64,000 nt of DNA from an uncultured delta proteobacterium (GTDB taxonomy: Bacteria > Myxococcota_A > Polyangia > Fen-1088): positions 3,072,001 to 3,136,000 of the forward strand of contig CAVYGB010000008.1 of assembly GCA_963767925.1 (NCBI GenBank). The letters are read 5' to 3'. Positions 10,992-19,833 of this stretch are shown here, piece after piece; within the stretch, counting starts at the first letter, position 1; every line of letters starts with the position of its first letter. Both the position numbers and the translations under genes were made by a program. The notes under the pieces are model-generated. The model saw only the letters and a list, made by a program, of their open reading frames with translations, searched no databases and was not told where the DNA came from.

Positions 10992-11075
10992 CATCTTTGC
11001 CGCCCATCCGGAGCGTTTTCCCACGACACACCCGTCGGCAAACGCCCGCCCGACGCAGCCTCGATCAACCGTCCC
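10948..11075 (+). mobile_element. Remnant of an IS3-family transposase C-terminus
   Basis: RQATLDDIFAAHPERF...INRP resembles the conserved LDAAYAAHPERF...WINxP tail of IS3-family OrfB. Confidence 0.55.
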
Positions 11076-11497
11076 CAGTCTGCTCCCGCCCCCCATAGCG
11101 GCAAGCCTGGCGGGGAGGGCGCAGGGGCGGTCTTCGTCGGCGCAGCCGCCGAGCGCTTGGGCGACGGAACCATCGACGGCCCCAATCACTCCCGGATGAT
11201 CGACTCCCACGGGGGCGGGCGTGCGGCCCCCCCATCGCTACTATCGGGTCTGGCCCGCTCGCACTGAGCCTCTCAGGCCCGTGCCAGAGCGGCTTGACTA
11301 ACCGTCCTGGCTAGTGAGGCATTGTTCCTAGCGCGCCCTTCTAGTCACGTCTTCTTTCCTGGTCCTGCGCACCAAGTCAAGGCCGTCCCGAGCGAACCGA
11401 GCGATGGCCAGGCGAAGCACTGGACGATACGAGCGCACGGCGGCTGGTGGCGAGGAGGTTGTTAGCCGCCTTAGAGTGAGCCGCTGAAACCTGTGAA

Positions 11498-12296
11498 TTA
11501 CGCACGAGAGGCAGCGTTGAAGGCAATCAGCGCACAGGCGAGCCGAACGAAGGCTAAGTAATTCTCGGCTTTGCGTTCCCAGCGGATGAGAAGACCTCGA
11601 TATCGGTTGTGCCAGCTGTTGGTGCGCTCGACCACCCAGCGTCGCGGCCTACCGTGAACACAGCCGACCAGTGGTGGTTCGCCTCGCCGGCGGATGTGAG
11701 GAACGATTCGACGGCGGCGAACCTCCTGCTCACAGTCGGCGTAGTCGTAGCCTTTGTCGAGGCACAAGTTCTTGGGGCGACGTGGACCACGAGGGCCCCG
11801 CAGGACCATGGCATCCAGGGTCTGGCCCACCATCCACTTGTCGTGCACGTTCGCCCCTGTGATGGTGACGGCCAGGGGCACGCCGTCGGCGTCGGTCAGG
11901 ATGTGGCGCTTGGTCCCGAGTTTGGCCCGATCGGTCGGACTGGGGCCGGTGAGGTCCCCCCTTTTGGTGCCTTGACAGTGGCGCTGTCGAGCGAGCACCA
12001 GCTCAGGTCGACGCCAACATGCTGGTCGTAGTGAGGACCATCTCCACGTGCATCATGTGGAACACGCCCGCCGCTCGCCACTGCTGGAACCGCTGGTAGC
12101 ACACGCTGCCGCTGCCGAACTCGCGGGGGATGGCATCCCATTGGCACCCGGTCTTGAGCTTGTAGACGATTCCGGACATGACCTTGCGGTTGTCGTTCGG
12201 CGGTCGGCCGCCTTTGGGACTGCGTGCTCGCTTGGGAATCCAAACGCGCGTGCGCTCCCAAACCTCTTCGGGGATGTCTTCGAATTGTGCCGTCAT
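11498..12296 (-). CDS. IS5-family transposase (IS427/IS1031-like) with an A4G6 slippery site at 11956-11965 and an extra frameshift near 12032
   Basis: GIVYKLKTGCQW, YQRFQQW, SLDSATVKAPKGG, GTKRHILTD, LCLDKGYD, RWVVERTNSW. Confidence 0.9.
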
Positions 12297-12441
12297 GGAC
12301 AGTAGAGATCACGACCTGACGGGCTCGGCAAATTTTCGCTTGAATTGGCACTCGCGCACCGTCGGTTGCAGCCACTGCGATGTCCCGGTCGCTGGTCTGG
12401 TCGGGCGCAACCAAGCCCCAACCGCCGCCGATAACCTGGTC

Positions 12442-12811
12442 ATGTCGCCGGGGCCCCGCACCTTTGACCATCATCGGCTCGACGCTTTCTGCGTGGCCCG
12501 CGATGCTCTACGCTTGGGCGACGCTCTTGCGCGGAGAATGCCACGCGGGTATGCGACGTTGCAGGACCAGCTTCGGCGCGCTGTTGTCGGCATACCTGGG
12601 CATCGCCGAGGCATCCAGCCGAACGGGCGCCGACAGGATCTCACGGTTCCGCACCGCCAGAGGCGAAGCGTCCGAGGCGGCAGCCGCCTTGGAGGCGGTT
12701 GCAATCCTGGGACTTGCTCCCGATACCGAGATCGAAGCGGTGATGTCTCTGCTCGACCGGCTGTGCGCGATGCTCACTCGGCTCGCCGGCATGCACCGCC
12801 ACCAACCCTGA
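12442..12811 (+). CDS. Four-helix-bundle protein (IVP/Avd-like), single-base frameshift near 12580
   Basis: FDHHRLDAFCVA...LQDQLRRA / LSAYLGIAEAS...RFRTARGEASEAAAALE...LLDRLCAMLTRL matches the family pattern. Confidence 0.85.
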
Positions 12812-12833
12812 TGACTGCCGCGGCTGTCGTGGT

Positions 12834-13012
12834 CGTGCTCGTGTGCGAGCGCGTGTTCGAGTTCGTGTCCGTGTGTGGTGAGCGTGTTCGGCCCGCGGGC
12901 CTCGGCTCGCGTGATTTACGCGCACCGAGAGCCGCCTGGCCGCCTGGCCGCTCAACGCTCGCCCCACACGAACTCGAACACGAACACGCGCTCGAACACG
13001 CCCACGAGCACG
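12834..13012. repeat. Long imperfect inverted repeat built from CG(T/A)G(T/C)T-type hexamers, about 180 nt hairpin
   Basis: CGTGCTCGTG...CGAGCGCGTGTTCG pairs with CGAACACGCGCTCG...CACGAGCACG; inner stems CTCGG/CCGAG and CGCGTG/TACGCG. Confidence 0.85.
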
Positions 13013-13688
13013 CGTCCCGGCCTCGATACCTCGTTTCGCCCATCGGCGCAAATTCTCCACAGGTTTCAGCGGCTGGCTCTTAGTGCCCCACCCCCCTGCT
13101 AGCTGGAGAAATGGTCCCTTCGCTCGACTGGTTCATTTACACATTCGTCCGCAAGGAGGCGGTCCTCTCGTCGCAGATCGAGGGCACGCAAGCGACTCTC
13201 GTCGATTTGCTTACCTTCGAGGTCCAGGCGGATGCCGGGCCGAAGGCTCCGCCCAACGCCGACGTCGAGGAGGTCTGCAACTGCCTCGATGCGCTGGCTT
13301 TCGCGCGCGCCGAGCTCGCCGATCCACGTGGTCTTCCGCTGTCGATGCGCCTGTCGAACGAGACGACTACTATCGCCGGCTCAACGCGGCACGCGTCGAC
13401 GGCGACTGGAGGGCTGGCTCGACTTCTTCCTGGACGGTGTCGCGACCATCGCCGACGAGGCGGTTGCGTCCGCGCGGGAGCTGTTCGCCCTCGTGTCCAT
13501 GGATCGTGCCCGTGTGCTGGCCCACGAGGCGATGTCGATCGTAGCGGTCCGACTCCTCGAGCTGCTGCCGCGGCACCTAATTGTGACCGTGGCCTCCGTG
13601 ATGAAGCTCGTGGACACGACCAAACCCACCGCGGGGCTGGGGTTCCGGCCCGGCGGATCCTCCTCGAGAGAATCCACCGGTCGCGCTG

Positions 13689-13762
13689 CGCGCCCGGGCT
13701 GAGTCGAACAGCCAACCCCAGGCTTCGTAGGCCTGTGCTCTATCCAGTTGAGCTACGGGCGC
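13689..13762 (-). tRNA. tRNA-Arg(ACG), CCA not encoded
   Basis: GCGCCCG acceptor stem, TAGCTCAACTGGATAGAGC D-arm, CAGGC-CTACGAA-GCCTG anticodon arm, GTTCGAC T-loop. Confidence 0.95.
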
Positions 13763-13822
13763 AGGAGGCGAATGTATGCCGCGGGGCGGTCCTCCAAGTC
13801 AAGGGCGAGGGGGGAAAATCGC

Positions 13823-13847
13823 CGTCGGGGGGGCGCTCCCCCCGACG
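13823..13847 (-). terminator. GC hairpin just downstream of the TonB-receptor stop codon
   Basis: CGTCGGGGGG-N5-CCCCCCGACG with a short T run downstream on the minus strand. Confidence 0.5.
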
Positions 13848-13856
13848 ACCCCCACC

Positions 13857-16595
13857 TCAGTAGCGGTAGCGGAGGCCGAAGCGGACGCGCAGGGGGGGCA
13901 TGCGGCCGCGCTGGACGCCCCAGAGGGGGCCGTCCTCCTCCTCGACGGCGGTGGTGGTGCGGAGGGCCAGGACGTTGAGGACGTCGACGAAGGTCTCGAG
14001 GTTGTGGCCGATCAGGGGGAGCAGGTTGAGGGCCACCTGGGCGTTGAGGCTCTGGTAGTCGGGCATCCGGAGCTCGCGGTCGTCGGTGGGGTCGTTGATG
14101 TTGGTGCCGGGGTTGGCGCCGACGCGCGCGCGCTGGTTCTCGAAGCGGCCGGTGACGTCGTTGCGGAAGCGGCGGTTGAAGGGCAGGCCGGAGTAATACG
14201 AGTAGCGCACGGCGCTGGTGAGCCAGGGGGTGAAGCGGTAGCTGAAGTTGGCCTTGATCTCGTGGCGGTGGTCGTCCGGCAGGGGGCCGTACAGGAACAG
14301 GTCGCGGGGGGCGATGTCGCCGAAGGCGTTCTCGTTGCCGTCCATCACCGTGCCCTCGAGGCGGCTCCAGGTGTACGAGGCGCGCAGCTTGAGGCGGCCC
14401 TCGCGCCGGGTGACCGAGCCTGTGATCCCCTTGTAAGTGCGCTCGGCGCCCTCGGGGGTCTCGAGGTCGGAGATGGTCTGGTTGCGCCCGTTGCGGTAGC
14501 CCCCGGTGCGCTCGAGCTGGCTGCCGCTGACGTTCCAGACCCGGTTCGTCTCCAGCCGCTCGTACTGGTTGCTGAACTTGCGGTAGATGGCGTCGAGGCC
14601 CAGGGCCAGGCCCGGGATCACCTCCCGCTCGGCGCCGACGGTGTACTCCCAGGTCCTGGGGATCTCCAGCTTGCGGGTGCAGGGGGTGCCGGTGTCGTCG
14701 AAGCCGGTGGGGCCGCAGGGCAGGCCCACGGTGGCGCCCGAGCGGCCGCCCGAGAAGGTGCACTCCCGGTCGTAGGCCGCCGTGGCGTCGTTCCAGCGGC
14801 AGCGCTGCGAGACCTGGCTGCCGAGGGTGTGGCTGGCGATGGGGCTGACGTCGACGTCGACGTACTGGTTGACGCTGCCCCGCAGGACGGTGCGCCCGTC
14901 GCCGGTGGCGTCCCAGGCGGCCGACAGGCTGGGCGACAGGGCGTTGGTCGAGAGGATGTCGTCGCCCTGGCTGTTGAAGGCGCTCGCGCTGGTGAAGGCC
15001 ACCCCGGGGGTGAGGGTGAGGTAGCGGGTGGGGCGCCAGCTATCGCTCAGCGACAGGGAGTTGCGGGCCGAGCCCCAGGTGGTGATGAACCAGCCGAAGC
15101 GCGCCGACTCCAGGCGGGGATCGTTCGAGTAGTAGGTGGTCAGCGAGTCGCGGCTGGGGCCGTTGAGCTCCTCGATTGTGTCGCCGGGGATCGAGCGGCG
15201 GCTGACGTCGCTCTGGCGCACGTAGTGATCCTTGAGCTGGAAGTGGTGCTCCCCGAAGAACTTGCTCGAGTAGAACATCTCGATCCGGTTGGCGAACTGG
15301 AGCGAATAGGTGCTCAGCCGCTCGTGGATGTTGAGGTTCCCGGTCACCAGGCGGGCGGGGAAGATCTGGGCGGTCGAGGCGACGTGGTCGCAGTTGTCCG
15401 GGTCGGTCACGCAGAGCTCGGGGAAGGTGTGGCGCTGGTTGTGGATGTACCCGGCCTGGCTGCGGAACACGATGTTGTCGGTCAGCAGCGACTCCCAGAT
15501 CACGCCCATGAAGTAGTTGCGCGACCGGTGGCGGCCCTGGGCGTCGTCGGCGAAGCCCAGGCCCTGGCGCTGCTTTTGCCAGAACTCGTCGAAGTTGGTC
15601 ACCGTCTGCAGCTTGTTGCGGGTGCTGACCTGCCAGCTCAGCTTGATGGTGCCCTTGTGCCAGTAGCGCAGGTCGGGCTGCGGCTCGGGCAGCACCCCGG
15701 CGGCGTCGCGCTCCCGCCCCTGGTTGCGGGTCAGCACCTCGAAGTTGGCCGAATACCAGAGCTTGTCCTTGATGATCGGCCCCGAGACGGTGGGGTTGAG
15801 GATGTAAAAGAAGCCGGAGTTGGTGGGGTCGGTGGCGTCGCGCATGAGCTCGAACCGCTCGTGGTCGGCGGTGGCGTTCAGCTCGAATTCGAACTTGTTG
15901 GATCCCGAGCGGGTCACCAGGTTGACCACGCCGCCCGGGGCGGTGGCGTTCTCCGCCCCGTAGGCCGCCGACTGGATCTCGTAGGCCGCCGAGGCCTTCA
16001 CCGTCGGGTACTGGCGGAGCATGTTGAAGCCGTCCATGGTCAAGATGGTCTGGTTGGCCCCGCCCCCTCGCATGCGACCTCCCCGGATGGCGCCGGCGGC
16101 GTAGTCGGTGATCTGCCGGAAGATCACGTCGCGGTTGTCGTGGGGCATGGCGTCCACGAAGTCGACGTCGAACACCTCCTTGACGTTGGCCGTGCTGGTG
16201 CTGATGAGGGGCGCCTTCTCGACGACCTTCACCTCCTCCACCCTGGACGAGGCGATCTCCATGATCAGGTTCAGCTCGGACGGGGCGTTGATGCCGACCT
16301 TGACGTTGTCCTGTACGACGGTCTGGAGCTTGGGCGCCTCGACCTTCACCTGGAACACGCCGGGATCGAGCACCGGGAAACGGAAGCCGCCCTCGGCGTT
16401 GGTGTAGGTGGTCTTGCGGCCGCCGATCTGGGTCTCCGAGGAGATTGTCACCTTCACGCCCGACAGCGGCCCGCCGGTCTGATCGAAGACGTAGCCGACG
16501 ATCGATCCCGAGTCGCCCCGCTGGGCCCGCGCGCCCGGCGCCGCGGCCAGGACGCACACCGTGCCGAGCAGGCCTATCAATACCCTGGGTACCAT
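13857..16595 (-). CDS. TonB-dependent receptor, Oar-like, with N-terminal carboxypeptidase-regulatory-like domain
   Basis: Signal peptide; GSIVGYVFDQTGGPLSGVKV, GGVVNLVTRSGSN, GPIIKDKLWY; C-terminal RFGLRYRY. Confidence 0.9.
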   Translation of the reverse strand: MVPRVLIGLLGTVCVLAAAPGARAQRGDSGSIVGYVFDQTGGPLSGVKVTISSETQIGGRKTTYTNAEGGFRFPVLDPGVFQVKVEAPKLQTVVQDNVKVGINAPSELNLIMEIASSRVEEVKVVEKAPLISTSTANVKEVFDVDFVDAMPHDNRDVIFRQITDYAAGAIRGGRMRGGGANQTILTMDGFNMLRQYPTVKASAAYEIQSAAYGAENATAPGGVVNLVTRSGSNKFEFELNATADHERFELMRDATDPTNSGFFYILNPTVSGPIIKDKLWYSANFEVLTRNQGRERDAAGVLPEPQPDLRYWHKGTIKLSWQVSTRNKLQTVTNFDEFWQKQRQGLGFADDAQGRHRSRNYFMGVIWESLLTDNIVFRSQAGYIHNQRHTFPELCVTDPDNCDHVASTAQIFPARLVTGNLNIHERLSTYSLQFANRIEMFYSSKFFGEHHFQLKDHYVRQSDVSRRSIPGDTIEELNGPSRDSLTTYYSNDPRLESARFGWFITTWGSARNSLSLSDSWRPTRYLTLTPGVAFTSASAFNSQGDDILSTNALSPSLSAAWDATGDGRTVLRGSVNQYVDVDVSPIASHTLGSQVSQRCRWNDATAAYDRECTFSGGRSGATVGLPCGPTGFDDTGTPCTRKLEIPRTWEYTVGAEREVIPGLALGLDAIYRKFSNQYERLETNRVWNVSGSQLERTGGYRNGRNQTISDLETPEGAERTYKGITGSVTRREGRLKLRASYTWSRLEGTVMDGNENAFGDIAPRDLFLYGPLPDDHRHEIKANFSYRFTPWLTSAVRYSYYSGLPFNRRFRNDVTGRFENQRARVGANPGTNINDPTDDRELRMPDYQSLNAQVALNLLPLIGHNLETFVDVLNVLALRTTTAVEEEDGPLWGVQRGRMPPLRVRFGLRYRY

Positions 16596-16869
16596 GGCAG
16601 CAAGCTCCTTCCCGCAGGGCGGTTGATTTCGCCCCCTCGAACCGCGCCCCCCGACGCCCCCCCTCCATTGCCGGGAGAGGACGAGATTTGGCGAAATATT
16701 GGACGGACGTGGCGAGCGGCTCAAGCGGCGCGGCATGGCTGGCCGCGCCCATCGGCCGCCGGTGCACGCGTCATCGGGGCCGGACTACCAAAGTTTCAGG
16801 GTTTTGACCAGTATCCGCCGGCCCGCGGTACACTGCGGCTCTAGTTTGGGTGGAGGGAAGCCAGAACCT

Positions 16870-17202
16870 ATGTCCGAAACTCCGGAGCTACCTCGGGAGC
16901 ATCCGCGCTACGAGGTCAACGCCTACGTCGACTATACCGGGAACGAAGTCGTCCTCTATCACCGCATCCAGAACATCTCGCTGGGCGGTGTCTGCATCCA
17001 GTCGTCGGGCGTGGAGGACGTGGGGACCACCGTCGATCTGGTGATCAACTTCCCCGACCTCAACGCCTCGCTGTCGATCCGGGGCGAGGTGGTGTGGGTC
17101 AACCGCGAGCCCCCCATGGACATGGGGATCCGCTACGTCGACCTCGACAGCGAGCGCAAGGAGATGCTCCGCAAGTACATCTCCATGGTGCGCAAGGGCT
17201 GA
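16870..17202 (+). CDS. PilZ-domain protein
   Basis: REHPR (RxxxR) and NISLGG (NxSxxG) c-di-GMP-binding motifs, GEVVW. Confidence 0.9.
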   Translation: MSETPELPREHPRYEVNAYVDYTGNEVVLYHRIQNISLGGVCIQSSGVEDVGTTVDLVINFPDLNASLSIRGEVVWVNREPPMDMGIRYVDLDSERKEMLRKYISMVRKG

Positions 17203-17208
17203 CGCCCG

Positions 17209-17233
17209 GCGGGCGGGCACCCCACCCGCCCGC
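17209..17233. terminator. Hairpin between the convergent pilZ and thrB genes
   Basis: GCGGGCGGG-N7-CCCGCCCGC; no U tract. Confidence 0.4.
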
Positions 17234-17239
17234 GCGCTC

Positions 17240-18208
17240 TCAGACGGCGAACAGCTTGCCCTCGCGGGAGGCGCGCTCGATGGCCCGCAGGCGCTGCAGG
17301 TAGCGCCGGAAGTCCTTGCCCGGCGGGGCGCCGGCGTGGCGGCGCAGGTAGACGTCGGTGATGCGGGTGACGGCGAAGCGGCAGGCGGCGAAGCGGAGCT
17401 CGTCGGTGAACGACTCCCGCTCCTCCAGCTCCAGCGGCCGCATGCCGGTGTAGCCTTCGATGAAGGCCCGGGTGATGTCGGGGCGGAAGTCCTCCCGGCC
17501 GAAGCCGAAGGCCAGCACCGACACCGCCAGGTCGTAGGACAGCCGCCCCCAGGACGCCTGCTCGAAGTCGAGGATCGCGCTGAGGCTGCCCTCGTGAAAC
17601 AGCACGTTGTCGATGAACAGGTCGCCGTGGATCAACCCGAGCGGCAGCGAGCGCGCGCGGCTCGTCTGCAGGCGGGCCAGGGCGGGCCCCAGCTCGTCGA
17701 CCGCGGCGGCCAGCTCGAGATCGCCGCTGGCCCCGGCCTGGATGGTGGCGAAGCGCCGGGCGATCTCCTCGGGTTCGTAGCGGCCCGGGCTCGTGTCGGG
17801 GAAGTCGGCCCCCACCTGGTGCAGGCGGGCCAGGGCGGCCCCCGCCTGGTGGGCCTGCTGGGGGTGCAGCTCCGACCGCTGCAGCACCTTCCCCGTGACC
17901 CAGGGGAACAGCGAGACCAGCAGCCCCCGCCAGGAGACCCAGGCCTCTCCGCCCTGCGCCCGCAGCGGCCGGGGCACGGGCAGCCCCCGCCCCGACAGGT
18001 GCTCGACGATGGCGGTCTCGCGCGCGACGTCGGCCGGGGCCTTGCCCTCGTTGATGCGCAGGAAGTAGGTGCCCCCCTGGAGCTCGACGGCGAGGTTGGT
18101 GTTGATGGTCCCGGCCGCCACGGCGCGGTGGCCGCGGTAGCCGGTCAGTCCGTAACCGGACAGGACTTCCTCGACGTCGGCCGTCGAGAGCGTGCGAAAC
18201 GTACCCAT
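17240..18208 (-). CDS. thrB: Homoserine kinase type II
   Basis: GTINTN, GLIHGDLFIDNVLF, ILDF, RFAVTRITD, GKDFRRY. Confidence 0.88.
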   Translation of the reverse strand: MGTFRTLSTADVEEVLSGYGLTGYRGHRAVAAGTINTNLAVELQGGTYFLRINEGKAPADVARETAIVEHLSGRGLPVPRPLRAQGGEAWVSWRGLLVSLFPWVTGKVLQRSELHPQQAHQAGAALARLHQVGADFPDTSPGRYEPEEIARRFATIQAGASGDLELAAAVDELGPALARLQTSRARSLPLGLIHGDLFIDNVLFHEGSLSAILDFEQASWGRLSYDLAVSVLAFGFGREDFRPDITRAFIEGYTGMRPLELEERESFTDELRFAACRFAVTRITDVYLRRHAGAPPGKDFRRYLQRLRAIERASREGKLFAV

Positions 18209-18366
18209 GAAGGAGGAGTGAACGTAGGCCGAAACCGGCCCGGGCGCGAGGGCGACACAAAAGGAGATGGGAGGAAGCGAAGCATTGTAAACCCTTGACG
18301 TCATCGCGTCCTGCGCGGTCTAGTCAGCCCTGGTCCACCCCCTTTTGCCCAAGGCCCGGCGGCGAC

Positions 18367-19050
18367 ATGAATTCCGAGCGCGACAAGCTGGTTTCGGAGC
18401 ACCTCTCACTGGTGCAGGCGATCGCCGGGAAGCTGAAGCGGACGCTGGGCAAGGCCATCGACTTCGACGACCTCGTCGGGTATGGCCACAAGGGCCTCAT
18501 CGAGGCGGCCGACCGCTTCGACTCCAAGCAGGGCGTCACCTTCACCACCTTCGCCTATTACCGGGTGCGGGGGGCCATGCTCGACGGCCTGCGCACGATG
18601 GGCTGGTACTCGCGCGCCGACTACGCCCGCTACCGGGCGGAGGAGCGGGCGCAGGAGCTGTTGCGCAACGCTTCTGACCGGGAAGCCGGGGCCAAGGAGG
18701 CGGGGGCCGACACCGAGTCCGACAAGGCCCAGACCCTGGAGAGCATCGCCGAGATCCTGAGCGGCATCGCCACCGTCCACATCACCTCGATCGAGGCCGC
18801 CTCCTCGGTCGCCGACGATCGGCTGCCAGCCCCCGACAGCGAGCTCGAGACCGGCCAGGTGGGTGCCCGGGTCCGGCTGGCGGTGTCCGGCCTTCCGGAC
18901 AAGGAGCGGCGGCTGATGGAGCTTTACTACTTCGAGGAGAAGAACCTCGAGGAGGCGGGCGCCGCGCTGGGTCTATCCAAGTCCTGGGCCAGCCGCCTGC
19001 ACGCCCGCGCGGTGGGCCTCCTGCGGGACGCCCTGGCCGAGGAGTTGTGA
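18367..19050 (+). CDS. FliA/WhiG-family RNA polymerase sigma factor
   Basis: DDLVGYGHKGLIEAADRFD, FTTFAYYRVRGAMLDGLR, LGLSKSWASRLH. Confidence 0.9.
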   Translation: MNSERDKLVSEHLSLVQAIAGKLKRTLGKAIDFDDLVGYGHKGLIEAADRFDSKQGVTFTTFAYYRVRGAMLDGLRTMGWYSRADYARYRAEERAQELLRNASDREAGAKEAGADTESDKAQTLESIAEILSGIATVHITSIEAASSVADDRLPAPDSELETGQVGARVRLAVSGLPDKERRLMELYYFEEKNLEEAGAALGLSKSWASRLHARAVGLLRDALAEEL

Positions 19051-19215
19051 CGGTGTGCTGCCGTTGCGGGCGGGCGCGGCCGTGACCGCCGGGTTCGAGG
19101 CGCCCAGGGCCCCAGCCTTTGATCTCCAGAAAATGATTACGCACCGAAGCACCATCTGGTAAGAGGATCAGTCAGGACCGAAGCAACTTTTCGGGAAGGG
19201 GGTCGAAACAAGACC

Positions 19216-19755
19216 ATGGACATCTCGAAGGCCGTCAGTGCGACTGCCCTTTCCAACCCTGCCGAGCAGGGGAACAAGGCTGGCCCTGCGGGTGCCGGCT
19301 CACCCGATCGGCGCTTCTCCGACGTCCTGGCGCACGGCGGGCAAGGTGGACCGGGCGTACACCAGCCGAACGGCGCCTCGCCCTTCTCCGCCCCCATCCT
19401 CGATCCCGGCCTCAGCCCGGCGAAAACCAACGCCGTGGCCCGCCACCGCCCCACCGTGGAGATGGTCGGCGAGCGCTCCGGCGTGCGCCCGGGCGGTCAG
19501 GGCGCGCCTGTCGATCCTTCCCAGAACGCCTCCAGCGCCGACTGGAAGCAGAAGCTCGCCAGCGACACCTCCCGCGCGGAGAGCAAGATGGACGCGATGA
19601 TCGATGCGGCCCGCAAGGGCAAGAACTTCAGCGCGTCCGAGCTGCTGGCCATCCAGGTCGAGGTGTTCCGCTACTCGCAGACCGTCGAGGTCATCTCCCG
19701 CTCGACCGACAAGCTGGTCGGCGCCGTCAAGCAGACCCTGGGCACCCAGGTCTGA
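19216..19755 (+). CDS. Putative type III secretion inner-rod protein (SctI/YscI-like C-terminus)
   Basis: C-terminal SELLAIQVEVFRYSQTVEVISRSTDKLVGAVKQTLGTQV; lies directly upstream of sctJ. Confidence 0.65.
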   Translation: MDISKAVSATALSNPAEQGNKAGPAGAGSPDRRFSDVLAHGGQGGPGVHQPNGASPFSAPILDPGLSPAKTNAVARHRPTVEMVGERSGVRPGGQGAPVDPSQNASSADWKQKLASDTSRAESKMDAMIDAARKGKNFSASELLAIQVEVFRYSQTVEVISRSTDKLVGAVKQTLGTQV

Positions 19756-19833
19756 TCATTGCGGGAAACGCCGGGCGGGGGCCGATTCACCCGGCTCCTT
19801 TTTCTGGCGTTTGGTGCTAATTTGCCGCGAGTC

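Larger units (their letters stand above)
11474..13079. mobile_element. IS5-family element, 1606 bp, carrying a passenger gene
   Basis: TIRs GAGTGAGCCGCTGAAACCTGTG (11474-11495) and CACAGGTTTCAGCGGCTGGCTC (13058-13079), 20/22 match; TTA on both sides (11471-73, 13080-82); removing the element rejoins the Fic sequence. Confidence 0.9.
11404..13640 (+). pseudogene. Fic/DOC family protein, interrupted by an IS5 element and internally deleted
   Basis: MARRSTGRYERTAAGGEEV before the IS, then VPHP..., FVRKEAVLSSQIEGTQATL and RDDYYRRL...WLDFFLDGV after it; HPFxDGNGR core absent. Confidence 0.8.

Noticed and set aside
12345..12370. Sigma-54 promoter before the four-helix-bundle gene
   Set aside because: TGGCAC and TTGC are not at GG-N10-GC spacing
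12442..13012. Diversity-generating retroelement suggested by the Avd-like gene
   Set aside because: No reverse transcriptase and no TR/VR pair with adenine-specific mismatches in the window
13776..16844. Very long antisense and off-frame ORFs (e.g. 1022 aa here, 1205 aa at 32983, 1111 aa at 59734)
   Set aside because: Shadows of real genes caused by high-GC codon bias; no recognisable motifs
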